Of a DNA stretch of 64,000 nucleotides, positions 54,053-62,693 are shown piece by piece. Position numbers and translations under genes: made by a program. A model generated the notes under the pieces. It was not told where the DNA came from and made no database searches. It saw nothing but the letters and a program-made list of their open reading frames with translations. The first letter of the stretch is position 1. Every line of letters starts with the position of its first letter. The stretch is from an uncultured Pseudomonadales bacterium. GTDB taxonomy: Bacteria > Pseudomonadota > Gammaproteobacteria > Pseudomonadales > CAZYQX01. Where the stretch lies: contig CAZYQX010000014.1 in NCBI GenBank assembly GCA_964649985.1, forward strand, positions 6,124 to 70,123, given 5' to 3'.

Positions 54053-54277
54053 CCGGAACGCCTCTGGCAGCCCCTTCCGCTGATGCTCTCAAGCCTCAGC
54101 AGTGCAAGATGGCGGCCGCAGAATACCCGCTAACTCCTTGTGTTATGGCCGCTTTGCTTGTCGGCTGGGGATGTGTCTACTACAGTCAAAGAACAAATGT
54201 AGTGACCGTTACATAAGAGTGTCCGCCCGCCGGCCTGCCGAGGGATCAACGGTGGCCGAATGGGTGACAGGGGATCT

Positions 54278-55282
54278 ATGCCAATAGCCCGCGCTTTGAG
54301 TTTCGCCAGTGTGCGAACATGCCGCACCGCTTGGGGTGTGCTCGTCTGCACGCTGTTCATTCTGGCGGGGTGCGAGGGGCCCAAGCACGATCTGCGCATT
54401 GCGACCAATCTTTGGGTGGGTTACCAGCCGCTTTTCTTGGCGCGTGAGCGCGGTTTTATTGATGCCCAACAGTTCCGGCTGGTGGAGTTTGGCACCAGCA
54501 GAGAGTCGTTGCGCGCGTTTCGAAATGGCGAGGTTGAGCTGGCTGCGCTGACCCTGGACGAAGTGCTCCGCTTGCGTGCTGAGTCGCATGACGTGCGCGT
54601 TCTCCTGGTGATGGATTACTCCGAAGGCGCCGATGCCTTGCTTGTGCCTGGTCTACTGCAGAGCGTGGCAGAGATCAAGGGGCGGCGTGTTGGTGTCGAA
54701 CCGGGGGCGGTGGGCAGCTATCTATTGCGCAGAGCACTGCACAAAGCAGGCCTGAAACCAGCGGATATACAGGTCGTGCCGGTGGAGGCACCAGATCACC
54801 CTTCAGCTTTCTCGAACAACAAGGTGGATGCCTTGGTGACTTACGAGCCTATGAAGTCACAACTTTTGGGGCAGGGGGCTCGGCAGTTATTTAGCAGTGA
54901 GGACATCCCCGGCGAAATTGTGGATGTTCTGGCAGTGCGCGGCTCTGTGGCAGATAGCCGCGCCCGAGATTTGCAACTTTTGATCAACGGCTGGTTCATG
55001 GCTCTGCAAGACCAACGCAAACAACCTCTTGAGGCTGCTCGCCTGATGGCACCTCGCATAGGCATGACCGACGAACAGTGGGTGGCGGCCTCCGCAGAGC
55101 TGCATTTTCCGGATCAGCCTGAAAACTGCAAGCACATACGTGGTGGTGATCATTCCGCGCTGAACGGCGTGGCCATGCGCATGGCCGCCGTCATGCTTGA
55201 AGACAAGCTCATCAATCAATCACCCTCACTCAATGGTTTGATTGTTGCTGATGCCGAAAAGCTGTTGGGGTGCATCAAATGA
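54278..55282 (+). CDS. NMT1/TauA/SsuA-like periplasmic substrate-binding lipoprotein
   Basis: Lipobox FILAGC. Type-2 SBP pattern (LRIATNLWVGYQPLFLARERG..., GRRVGVEPGAVGSYLL). An alternative ATG lies at 54260. Confidence 0.65.
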   Translation: MPIARALSFASVRTCRTAWGVLVCTLFILAGCEGPKHDLRIATNLWVGYQPLFLARERGFIDAQQFRLVEFGTSRESLRAFRNGEVELAALTLDEVLRLRAESHDVRVLLVMDYSEGADALLVPGLLQSVAEIKGRRVGVEPGAVGSYLLRRALHKAGLKPADIQVVPVEAPDHPSAFSNNKVDALVTYEPMKSQLLGQGARQLFSSEDIPGEIVDVLAVRGSVADSRARDLQLLINGWFMALQDQRKQPLEAARLMAPRIGMTDEQWVAASAELHFPDQPENCKHIRGGDHSALNGVAMRMAAVMLEDKLINQSPSLNGLIVADAEKLLGCIK

Positions 55283-58197
55283 GCGTATCTGGGGCGACGT
55301 GGCTCTATCGCTATCCACTGAAATTCAGCTTACCGGTTGGCTTGGCCTTGGTAGCGCTGGTTTTTTTCTTCGTGTATGTCTTCAACCTGTGGCAAGCCCA
55401 CCGTGATGCCCTGATCTTTGATGCACGAGAAGCCATTACATCCGATGTAACGCGTTTGCAGCGACAATTCCAGTATCTGGTGGATCATGGCGACAACGCC
55501 CAGCTGCAGGAAGAAATGGCCTATATGGGGGCTGATTTACGCGTGCGTATTGCGGCTGTCCTGGATGAGCGCCAGCACGTGATTGCCTCTACCAGCCGCA
55601 CCGATTTGGTTGGTAGCAATAATGGCGATGCCCTGGCAAGGGCCGGGCTAGAGAGTGTATCGAACAAGCTGTGGCCATTGTTGGATGAATTGCGCCGGGA
55701 GCAGGCGGTAGATAGCTGGCTGTTTACCGAGCAGGGTGTGCTGCTCGCTGCGGCTCCTCTTACCATGGGCAGAACGCCTGAGAGCCTGAGTGGCCAGCAG
55801 GAGGCCATGATTGTATTGGGGTGGGATCTGGAGGCGCTGTACTGGACGGCCCTGGAGAAAACCCTCATCACAACGGCAAAATTTGCTCCAGTGGCCATCA
55901 TAGGCATCGTGGTGATTGGTTTCATCCTACATGTGATGCTGGCTCGTCGTCTTGATTTATTGGCGCATACCGCCGAGCAGTTGGCCGCCGGTGACTTGGG
56001 CGTGCGCAGCGCGCTGTTTGGCTCGGATGAAGTTGGGCGCTTGGCCCGTGCTTTTAACGAGATGAGCGATACGCTGGGCTTGCAGTGGGGTCGGTTACAG
56101 GAGAGCGAGCGACGCCTCTCCCTCAGCCAGACCTTTTCCGGCATTGGCACCTGGGAGTGGGATATCGGCAGCGGCGTTTTGGTGCTGACGGCCACCACCT
56201 ATCGCTTGTTGGGTTTGCCGCCCAATAGCCAGGTCAGTTTCGGGCAGTTCCTTGAGCTTCTCGATCCGGTGGATGCCCAGCGTCTGAGACAGGCCATGGA
56301 CGCGACTCTCAGCCAAGGCAAACCCCTCTCGGCGGTATATGGGCTTGAGCTTGCCACTGGTGAACAGCGCTGGCTGATGCAGCGCGGTGACGTACTGCGT
56401 GATGAGCACGGTGCGCCGCAGCGCATGTACGGTGTATTGCAGGATATTACCCCGCAAAAACAGGCCGAGTTTGCGCTATATCGCGAAAAAGAAAAGGCTC
56501 AAGTGACCCTGGCGTCCATTGTGGATGGTGTGGTCACCACCGATACGGAAGGCCGCATCAGCTACATGAACCCGGTGGCCGAGCAATTGACCGGCTGGGA
56601 GGCTATGGAAGCCCAGGGGCGGCCTGTAGGTGAAGTGGTGTGTCTGTTGGACGACATGACTCACGAACCTCTGGACAACCCGCTGCACCGAGTCTTGCAT
56701 GATGGCCGATCCGTGGGCTTGCCAGGCCAGGCACTGCTGCGTTCGCTGCGGGGGGGCGAGTCGGTGGTAGAGGAGTCCATGGCGCCGCTGCGGGATCGCG
56801 ACGGCACCATACTGGGGGCGGTGCTGGTGCTGCACGACGTGACTGAGGCGCGGGAGATGGCCTTGCGCATCACCTGGCAAGCGACCCATGACAGCCTCAC
56901 CGGGCTAGTCAATCGCGCCGCCTTTGAAGATCAGCTGAGAACCCTGTTGCGAGGGGCGGATAATCGCGAGCACAACAAGATCCACACCTTGCTCTACATA
57001 GACTTGGATCAGTTCAAAGTCGTCAACGATATCGCTGGCCACGTGGCGGGTGATGAATTGCTGAAGCAAGTGTGTGGCCTAATGCAACAGCACGTTGGCG
57101 AGCGGGATGTGCTGGCCCGCTTGGGCGGCGACGAGTTTGGCCTGATTCTCGATGATTGCCGCATTGCCAAGGCCAGGCTGGTGGCAGAGCGTTTACACCA
57201 GTCGGTGGATTCTTTCCGCTTCGCCTGGAATGATCGCGTCTTTCGCATCGGGCTGAGCATCGGTGCGCTGGAGTTTCAGGCCGGGGAGGGCAATCTTTCT
57301 GATCTCATGAGCGCGGCTGATCTGGCCTGTTATGCGGCCAAGAATTCGGGCCGCGGGCGCACGCACATTTACGCCACTGAAGACGCCTACCTACAGCAGC
57401 ACCGCAGTGAGATGGACTGGGCGGCCCGGGTCAATGAGGCGGTGGAGGATGACCGGCTTGAGCTGTGGGGCCAGCGCCTGATGTGTATCAACCCCATCTG
57501 CGCCGAGCCCGGCTTGCACTTCGAAGTGTTGGTGCGGTTGCGGGACGAAAACGGCAACCTGGTGGCCCCAGGGGTGTTTCTGCCTGCGGCCGAGCGCTAT
57601 GACCTGATGGCCATTGTCGACCGCTGGATCATCAACAAATCCTTCGCCATGGTCGCGGAACACCTGCGCCGGCGCGGTGGCAAGGGCATCGCCCAATGTG
57701 CGATCAACTTGTCCGGCATCTCTCTGGGCAGTGAACAACTGTTGCCCTATGTGCGCAGCAAGCTGGAAGAATACGCGCTGCCGCCCGAAGTGTTCTGTTT
57801 TGAAATCACGGAAACCGCGGCCATTTCCAACTATCAGACTGCGCTGCGCTTTATTCGTGAAATCAAGGGGTTGGGTTGCCGTTTCGCGTTGGATGATTTT
57901 GGCAGTGGCCTGTCGTCGTTCTCTTATCTACGCAACTTGCCGGTGGACTATCTGAAGATCGATGGTTCATTTGTGCGCGGCATTTGCTCCGATCCGGTCA
58001 ATCGGGCGCTGGTGGGCAACATCAACAGCATTGGCCACCTGTTGGGCAAGCGCACCATTGCCGAGTATGCCGAAGACGAATCCACCATCGCCTTGCTGCG
58101 TGAGCTGGCGGTGGATTATGCCCAGGGCTATGGCGTGAGCCGACCTGAGCCATTGGCTGACATGTTGCGTGCGGCGGAGGGGGGGCTGCGCGTCTGA
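55279..58197 (+). CDS. Membrane sensor HAMP-PAS-PAS-GGDEF-EAL protein (c-di-GMP turnover)
   Basis: Two TM helices flank a ~190-aa periplasmic region. HAMP (GRLARAFNEM), two PAS, RLGGDEFGLIL (GGDEF), EAL-domain motifs FEVLVRL, FEITE, DDFGSG. The ATG at 55279 overlaps the SBP stop (ATGA). Confidence 0.9.
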   Translation: MSVSGATWLYRYPLKFSLPVGLALVALVFFFVYVFNLWQAHRDALIFDAREAITSDVTRLQRQFQYLVDHGDNAQLQEEMAYMGADLRVRIAAVLDERQHVIASTSRTDLVGSNNGDALARAGLESVSNKLWPLLDELRREQAVDSWLFTEQGVLLAAAPLTMGRTPESLSGQQEAMIVLGWDLEALYWTALEKTLITTAKFAPVAIIGIVVIGFILHVMLARRLDLLAHTAEQLAAGDLGVRSALFGSDEVGRLARAFNEMSDTLGLQWGRLQESERRLSLSQTFSGIGTWEWDIGSGVLVLTATTYRLLGLPPNSQVSFGQFLELLDPVDAQRLRQAMDATLSQGKPLSAVYGLELATGEQRWLMQRGDVLRDEHGAPQRMYGVLQDITPQKQAEFALYREKEKAQVTLASIVDGVVTTDTEGRISYMNPVAEQLTGWEAMEAQGRPVGEVVCLLDDMTHEPLDNPLHRVLHDGRSVGLPGQALLRSLRGGESVVEESMAPLRDRDGTILGAVLVLHDVTEAREMALRITWQATHDSLTGLVNRAAFEDQLRTLLRGADNREHNKIHTLLYIDLDQFKVVNDIAGHVAGDELLKQVCGLMQQHVGERDVLARLGGDEFGLILDDCRIAKARLVAERLHQSVDSFRFAWNDRVFRIGLSIGALEFQAGEGNLSDLMSAADLACYAAKNSGRGRTHIYATEDAYLQQHRSEMDWAARVNEAVEDDRLELWGQRLMCINPICAEPGLHFEVLVRLRDENGNLVAPGVFLPAAERYDLMAIVDRWIINKSFAMVAEHLRRRGGKGIAQCAINLSGISLGSEQLLPYVRSKLEEYALPPEVFCFEITETAAISNYQTALRFIREIKGLGCRFALDDFGSGLSSFSYLRNLPVDYLKIDGSFVRGICSDPVNRALVGNINSIGHLLGKRTIAEYAEDESTIALLRELAVDYAQGYGVSRPEPLADMLRAAEGGLRV

Positions 58198-58216
58198 ATG
58201 TGGTGCGGTGAAGGTG

Positions 58217-58267
58217 AAAAAAATGCGCCGCTAGCACGGCAGGCACATCTGCCGGCTAGTCTGGCGC
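58217..58267 (-). terminator. Strong Rho-independent terminator (minus-strand orientation)
   Basis: On the minus strand: gcgcc-aga-ctagc-cggcag-atgtgc-ctgccg-t-gctag-c-ggcgc (16 bp in total), then a + ttttttt. Confidence 0.75.
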
Positions 58268-58327
58268 TGAAGGGTCGTTAGCCGAGAACATCGAGCATTC
58301 CCACCCTGAGGCCGTTAACTCAGGATG
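58217..58327 (-). ncRNA. Candidate Fur-repressed small RNA (~110 nt, promoter to terminator, no ORF)
   Basis: Bounded by the predicted sigma70 promoter/Fur box (58330-58362) and the terminator. It has a 5' hairpin cctgag-ttaacggc-ctcagg and a central unpaired stretch. I recognise no family. Confidence 0.4.
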
Positions 58328-58329
58328 TT

Positions 58330-58362
58330 GTTAATGATAATTGTTATCATGTGTGGCGGCAA
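58330..58362 (-). promoter_or_regulatory. Fur box overlapping a sigma70 promoter
   Basis: GTTAATGATAATTGTTATC (58330-58348) matches GATAATGATAATCATTATC at 16/19 positions. On the minus strand: TTGCCG (58357-58362), a 17-nt spacer, then TATCAT (58334-58339). Confidence 0.6.
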
Positions 58363-58377
58363 GCGCTTTTTTGAACA

Positions 58378-59088
58378 TCAGCCGCCGGTCAGCACTCTCT
58401 CCGGGTAATTGCAGAACACCCCGTCCACCCCCAAAGCGCGCATCAAGGTGATGTCTTCCGGGGTATTCACGGTATAGACAAACACCTTGAGCCCGCGCCG
58501 GTGGGCGTCGTCCACCAGCGCCTGATCGACGAAATCCAGTGAGGGATGCACGGAAAAGGCCCCCAGTGCCTGGGCGCTGGCGGCGCCATCGGCGGGCACG
58601 CCGTAATACAGCGCTCCCAGCGGCGTGTCGGGGGCGGCCGAGCGGAAGGCCTGCAAGGCGCGGTGATCGAAGGACGACACCAGCACCGCCTGCGGCGACC
58701 AGCCCGCCTCGTATTGCCGCTTCAGGAAGGTCGCCAGCAGAGGCGCGGTGCCAGGGCCTTTGAGCTCGACGTTGATGCCCGCTCGTCCACGGCACAGCGC
58801 AAACACCTCATCCAGGGTCGGAATGCGCTCGCCATCACCGGCATCCAGACTGCGCAGATAACTGAAGGATGCGTCCATGATACGGCCGTGACCGTTGGTG
58901 GTGCGCTCCAGCCGGTCGTCGTGAAACACCACCAGCGCCCCTTCCACCGCATAGACATCCAGCTCGATCCACTGGCAGCCCAGGCTGATAGCGTGTTCTA
59001 TCGAGCGCAGGGTGTTCTCCGGGGCGTGGCCCATCGCCCCGCGATGGCCAATGCAGAGAAAATCGGGCAGGTGTTGGAGGCTGATCAT
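58378..59088 (-). CDS. Glycerophosphodiester phosphodiesterase (GDPD/UgpQ-like)
   Basis: MISLQHLPDFLCIGHRGAMGHAPENTLRS (HRG..ENT motif), ELDV, FHDDRLERTTNG. The ATG at 59088 is preferred over the upstream extension. Confidence 0.85.
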   Translation of the reverse strand: MISLQHLPDFLCIGHRGAMGHAPENTLRSIEHAISLGCQWIELDVYAVEGALVVFHDDRLERTTNGHGRIMDASFSYLRSLDAGDGERIPTLDEVFALCRGRAGINVELKGPGTAPLLATFLKRQYEAGWSPQAVLVSSFDHRALQAFRSAAPDTPLGALYYGVPADGAASAQALGAFSVHPSLDFVDQALVDDAHRRGLKVFVYTVNTPEDITLMRALGVDGVFCNYPERVLTGG

Positions 59089-59186
59089 GGCGCTGTCACC
59101 GGGTACACTACTACATTGATGATAATTGTAGGGGGCGTTGCCCGCGCCTGTCGCGCGGAACATGGCGTCCACCTGGTTGGAGCCCC

Positions 59187-59912
59187 ATGACTATCGAGCC
59201 TACCCCGGCGCTGCTCACCGGCCAGACGGCCGCCCATCTGGTCAGGCTGCACGCGGATAATCCCCACGCGCCGTTGGTGCACCCGGCGATACGCGAGCCC
59301 TTGCTGGCACTGCAGCGGGATGCTGCGGATGCCGGCTTTTCACTCTGGATCGCCAGCAGTTATCGCTCTTTCGAACGGCAACTGGCGATCTGGAATGAGA
59401 AGGCCGAAGGGCGCCGCCGGGTGGTGGATGACCATGACCGCCCACTGGATATGGCGGCCCTCAGCCCCGAACAGCGCGTGCACGCCATTCTGCGCTTCTC
59501 CGCCTTACCCGGTAGCTCCCGCCACCACTGGGGCACGGATGTGGATGTGTACGACCGCGCGGCGGTGCCAGAGGGCTACCATGTGCAGCTGACACCGGAG
59601 GAGTCGCAGGGTTTGTTTGGTGACTTTCACCGCTGGCTGGATCAACGCATGGCGGAGGGGCGCAGCCATGGTTTCTACCGTTGTTACCGCGAGGATCGCG
59701 GCGGTGTGGTCGCGGAGCCTTGGCACCTGAGCCATGCTGCCACGGCCGCCGCCTATGAGGTGCGGTTGCAGCCAGACTTGCTACGCCAGGTATTGGAGGC
59801 GGCGCCACTGGCGTTGAAAGACGAAGTGTTGCCACGGCTTGAACAGTTGTTCGAGCGCTATGTGTGCGTGGCCCCGGGCTGGAGCAATCCCGGCACGCCT
59901 GCCACAATGTAG
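59187..59912 (+). CDS. M15-family (VanY/LD-carboxypeptidase-like) zinc peptidase
   Basis: SSYRSFERQ, SRHHWGTDVDV (H-x6-D zinc site) and PWHLSH. Confidence 0.8.
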   Translation: MTIEPTPALLTGQTAAHLVRLHADNPHAPLVHPAIREPLLALQRDAADAGFSLWIASSYRSFERQLAIWNEKAEGRRRVVDDHDRPLDMAALSPEQRVHAILRFSALPGSSRHHWGTDVDVYDRAAVPEGYHVQLTPEESQGLFGDFHRWLDQRMAEGRSHGFYRCYREDRGGVVAEPWHLSHAATAAAYEVRLQPDLLRQVLEAAPLALKDEVLPRLEQLFERYVCVAPGWSNPGTPATM

Positions 59913-59933
59913 GCAGTTTTGCGGAGTGATGAC

Positions 59934-60740
59934 ATGACCATTCAGCCCGAGCCTGCAGCGGATGCGCTGTGGGAGGCGATACGTGGCGAGGCCCAGGCCA
60001 ATGCCCTGAACGAGCCAGTGCTGGCTAGCTTTTATCACGCCAATATTCTCAATCACCGCAGCCTTGAAGACGCGATTGCTTTCCATCTGGCCAGCAAGCT
60101 GGACTGCTCCGATCTGGCCGCCATGTCGGTGCGGGAGGTGTTTGAGGATGCCTTCGCGGCAGATCCATCTATTTCCGCCGCCATGAGGGCAGATATCGAA
60201 GCGGTCAAGGCGCGCGATCCAGCCTGTGGTGGTTTTTCGGTGCCGGTGCTGTTTTTTAAAGGCTTTCAGGCGTTGCAGACCTACCGGGTGGCGCACTGGC
60301 TGTGGCTGGGGGGGCGCCGCCAGCTGGCGCTGTTTCTGCAACATCGGGTGGCCAGCCTACTGGATCTGGACATTCACCCTGCCGCGACCATCGGCCGGGG
60401 GGTATTGATTGACCACGGCACTGGTGTGGTGATCGGTGAGACGGCGGTGGTGGGCGACAATGTGTCCATGCTGCATGGCGTGACGCTGGGCGGCTCAGGC
60501 AAGGGCGGTGATCGCCACCCCAAGATCGGCGCGGGCGTGCTGATTGCGGCAGGGGCCAAGGTGCTGGGCAATGTGCGGGTGGGCGAGGGGGCTAAAATCG
60601 GTGCCGGTAGCCTGGTGCTGGAAGATGTGCCTGCCCACACCACCGTGGCCGGGGTGCCGGCGCGCGTGGTGGGGCGCCCGCGCAGTGAGCAGCCAGCCTT
60701 GGACATGAATCACCAGCTGGGCGATATGCTCCGGCAGTGA
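59934..60740 (+). CDS. cysE: Serine O-acetyltransferase
   Basis: SATase N-terminal helical domain (ASFYHANILNH, DIEAVKARDPAC) and hexapeptide repeats IHPAATIGRGVLIDHGTGVVIGETAVVGDNVSMLHGVTLGG. Confidence 0.9.
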   Translation: MTIQPEPAADALWEAIRGEAQANALNEPVLASFYHANILNHRSLEDAIAFHLASKLDCSDLAAMSVREVFEDAFAADPSISAAMRADIEAVKARDPACGGFSVPVLFFKGFQALQTYRVAHWLWLGGRRQLALFLQHRVASLLDLDIHPAATIGRGVLIDHGTGVVIGETAVVGDNVSMLHGVTLGGSGKGGDRHPKIGAGVLIAAGAKVLGNVRVGEGAKIGAGSLVLEDVPAHTTVAGVPARVVGRPRSEQPALDMNHQLGDMLRQ

Positions 60741-60741
60741 A

Positions 60742-61692
60742 CTATGTCCGATTAAGTTGCGTGTAGACCGCGCGATTTCGCCCTTCCGCTTTGGCTTGGT
60801 AGAGGCATTCGTCGGCGCGCCGAAACAGCCTGTTAACGGGGCCCTCAGCGCGATCAATGTGCACGCCGCCAATTGAGGCGGTGGCAATCCCCCACGGGGG
60901 GGTTTTGTCATGTGGCAGGCCCCGCTCCCTGATGGCGCAGAGCACTTGTTCAGTCACTGCTTGGCCCATCTGCTCACCGATGCCGGGCATGACCAAGGCG
61001 AACTCTTCGCCGCCATAGCGCGCGGCAAAGGCACCTGGACAGATGTCGCGAACATGCGCTGCGATGGTGTCTTCGAGCGTGCGGGCAATCTGCTTCAGGC
61101 AGTCATCGCCTTCGAGGTGTCCGTAGTGGTCGTTGAACTGCTTGAAGCGATCCACGTCGATCATCAACAGCGTAAAGGGTAGGCCTTGCGCGCTTGCTTC
61201 CTCCCATAAACTGTCAACTCTTCGATCCATGCCGCGGCGATTGCACAGGCCGGTGAGGCCGTCCTGACTGGCCAGTGAGGCCAGCTTTTCATTGGCGGCA
61301 GCCAAGCGACGCCGCAGGGCGGCGATGCGGGCCATGGCTTTCATCTTGGCCTGTAGCACTTCCTCTGGGATGGACTTGGCCATGAAGTCATCTGCACCGG
61401 CCTCAATCGCATGCAGGAAGTTTTCCACTGTGTCGGAGGCGGTGAGAAAAATGATCGGCGTCCACGCCCAGGCTTCTTGGGCTTCGATGGCGCGAATCTC
61501 GCAGGTGGCCTCGAAGCCGCTCATCACCGGCATTTCGATATCCATCAGAACAAGATCGGGGGCTGTGGTGCGGAATAGCTCAACCGCCATGCGACCATTC
61601 TCGGCCAGCACCACCTCGTGGCCGCTGTCACGCAACCGGGCTGCCATCAGGGCCGCGAGGGAGCGCACATCTTCGACCAACAGGATTTTCAT
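60742..61692 (-). CDS. Response regulator with GGDEF output (PleD/WspR-type diguanylate cyclase)
   Basis: REC MKILLVEDV...DLVLMDIEMPVMSGFE, coiled linker, GGDEF domain with RYGGEEFALVM. Confidence 0.9.
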   Translation of the reverse strand: MKILLVEDVRSLAALMAARLRDSGHEVVLAENGRMAVELFRTTAPDLVLMDIEMPVMSGFEATCEIRAIEAQEAWAWTPIIFLTASDTVENFLHAIEAGADDFMAKSIPEEVLQAKMKAMARIAALRRRLAAANEKLASLASQDGLTGLCNRRGMDRRVDSLWEEASAQGLPFTLLMIDVDRFKQFNDHYGHLEGDDCLKQIARTLEDTIAAHVRDICPGAFAARYGGEEFALVMPGIGEQMGQAVTEQVLCAIRERGLPHDKTPPWGIATASIGGVHIDRAEGPVNRLFRRADECLYQAKAEGRNRAVYTQLNRT

Positions 61693-61846
61693 GCATGATT
61701 GCTCGTTGCCTTGCCGTGAAAGCGGCTGCTGACGATGTTAATGATAGCGGTTACGGCACCAAATGCACGCTAAGCTCCAGGTGTTAGTCAGTATGCTTGG
61801 CTGGGCACAGGCCTGTGCCATGTTGTGAGCACGGCGGGAAAGATCT

Positions 61847-61875
61847 AAAAAAAAGGCCTCCGCAGGGGAGGCCTT
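61847..61875 (-). terminator. Rho-independent terminator of sodB
   Basis: On the minus strand: aaggcctcc-cctgc-ggaggcctt followed by tttttttt, 23 nt after the sodB stop. Confidence 0.9.
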
Positions 61876-61897
61876 CTTCACGCGCCAATCGCCGCAA

Positions 61898-62479
61898 TTA
61901 CTTGGCGAACTGCTCGGCCACGAACTTCCAGTTCACCAGGTTCCAGAACGCTTCAACGTACTTGGGACGCAGGTTGCGGTAGTCGATGTAGTAGGCGTGC
62001 TCCCACACATCGCAGGTCAGCAGGGCGGTCTTGCCTTCGGTCAGCGGGCAGCCGGCTGCGCCCATGTTGACGATTTCAACGGAGCCGTCGGCATTCTTCA
62101 CCAGCCAGGTCCAGGCGGAGCCGAAGTTGCCTACCGCAGAGGCGCTGAACTTGGCTTTGAAATCGGCAAAGGAGCCAAACGCCTTGTTGATGGCGTCGGC
62201 CAGGGCGCCGGTAGGCTCACCGCCAGCGTTGGGGGCCAGGCAGTTCCAGTAGAAGGTGTGGTTCCAGATCTGGGCAGCGTTGTTGTAAATGCCGCCAGAG
62301 GAGGTCTTGATGATCTCTTCCAGGCTCTTGCCTTCAAACTCGGTACCGGGTACCAGGTTGTTCAGGTTCACCACGTAGGCGTTGTGGTGCTTGCCGTGGT
62401 GAAACTCGAGGGTTTCAGCGGAGATGTGCGGCTCCAGCGCGTTTTTCTCGTAGGGCAGAGCGGGAAGTTCAAATGCCAT
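61898..62479 (-). CDS. sodB: Iron superoxide dismutase
   Basis: MAFELPALPYEKNALEPHISAETLEFHHGKHH, AAQIWNHTFYW, DVWEHAYYIDYRN, with Fe-type residues (AAQ..NHTFYW). Confidence 0.92.
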   Translation of the reverse strand: MAFELPALPYEKNALEPHISAETLEFHHGKHHNAYVVNLNNLVPGTEFEGKSLEEIIKTSSGGIYNNAAQIWNHTFYWNCLAPNAGGEPTGALADAINKAFGSFADFKAKFSASAVGNFGSAWTWLVKNADGSVEIVNMGAAGCPLTEGKTALLTCDVWEHAYYIDYRNLRPKYVEAFWNLVNWKFVAEQFAK

Positions 62480-62693
62480 GATATCCACCTCGAAATGGAG
62501 TTGTTGTCAGCTTAACGACCGGCGTGGACTCTAGCAGATTCGGAAGAATCTCGCCAAGTAAAAGACCAATCAAAATGCTAGGAAAAGCCGTATTTGCTGG
62601 CTTTGCGGCATTTGCACCGCTCCCTGGCCGCCCAGCGGGCAGCGCAGCAGGTATAATGGGCCTTCATTTTGATGTTCCCTCAGGATTGCCAGT

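Noticed and set aside
62508-62520. sodB leader complementarity to the candidate sRNA as proof of targeting.
   Set aside because: There are only 8 contiguous base pairs (plus 2 after a bulge), located about 35-40 nt upstream of the AUG rather than at the SD. A match of this size between two ~100-nt sequences is expected by chance roughly one time in ten. It is kept only as a note inside the sRNA finding.
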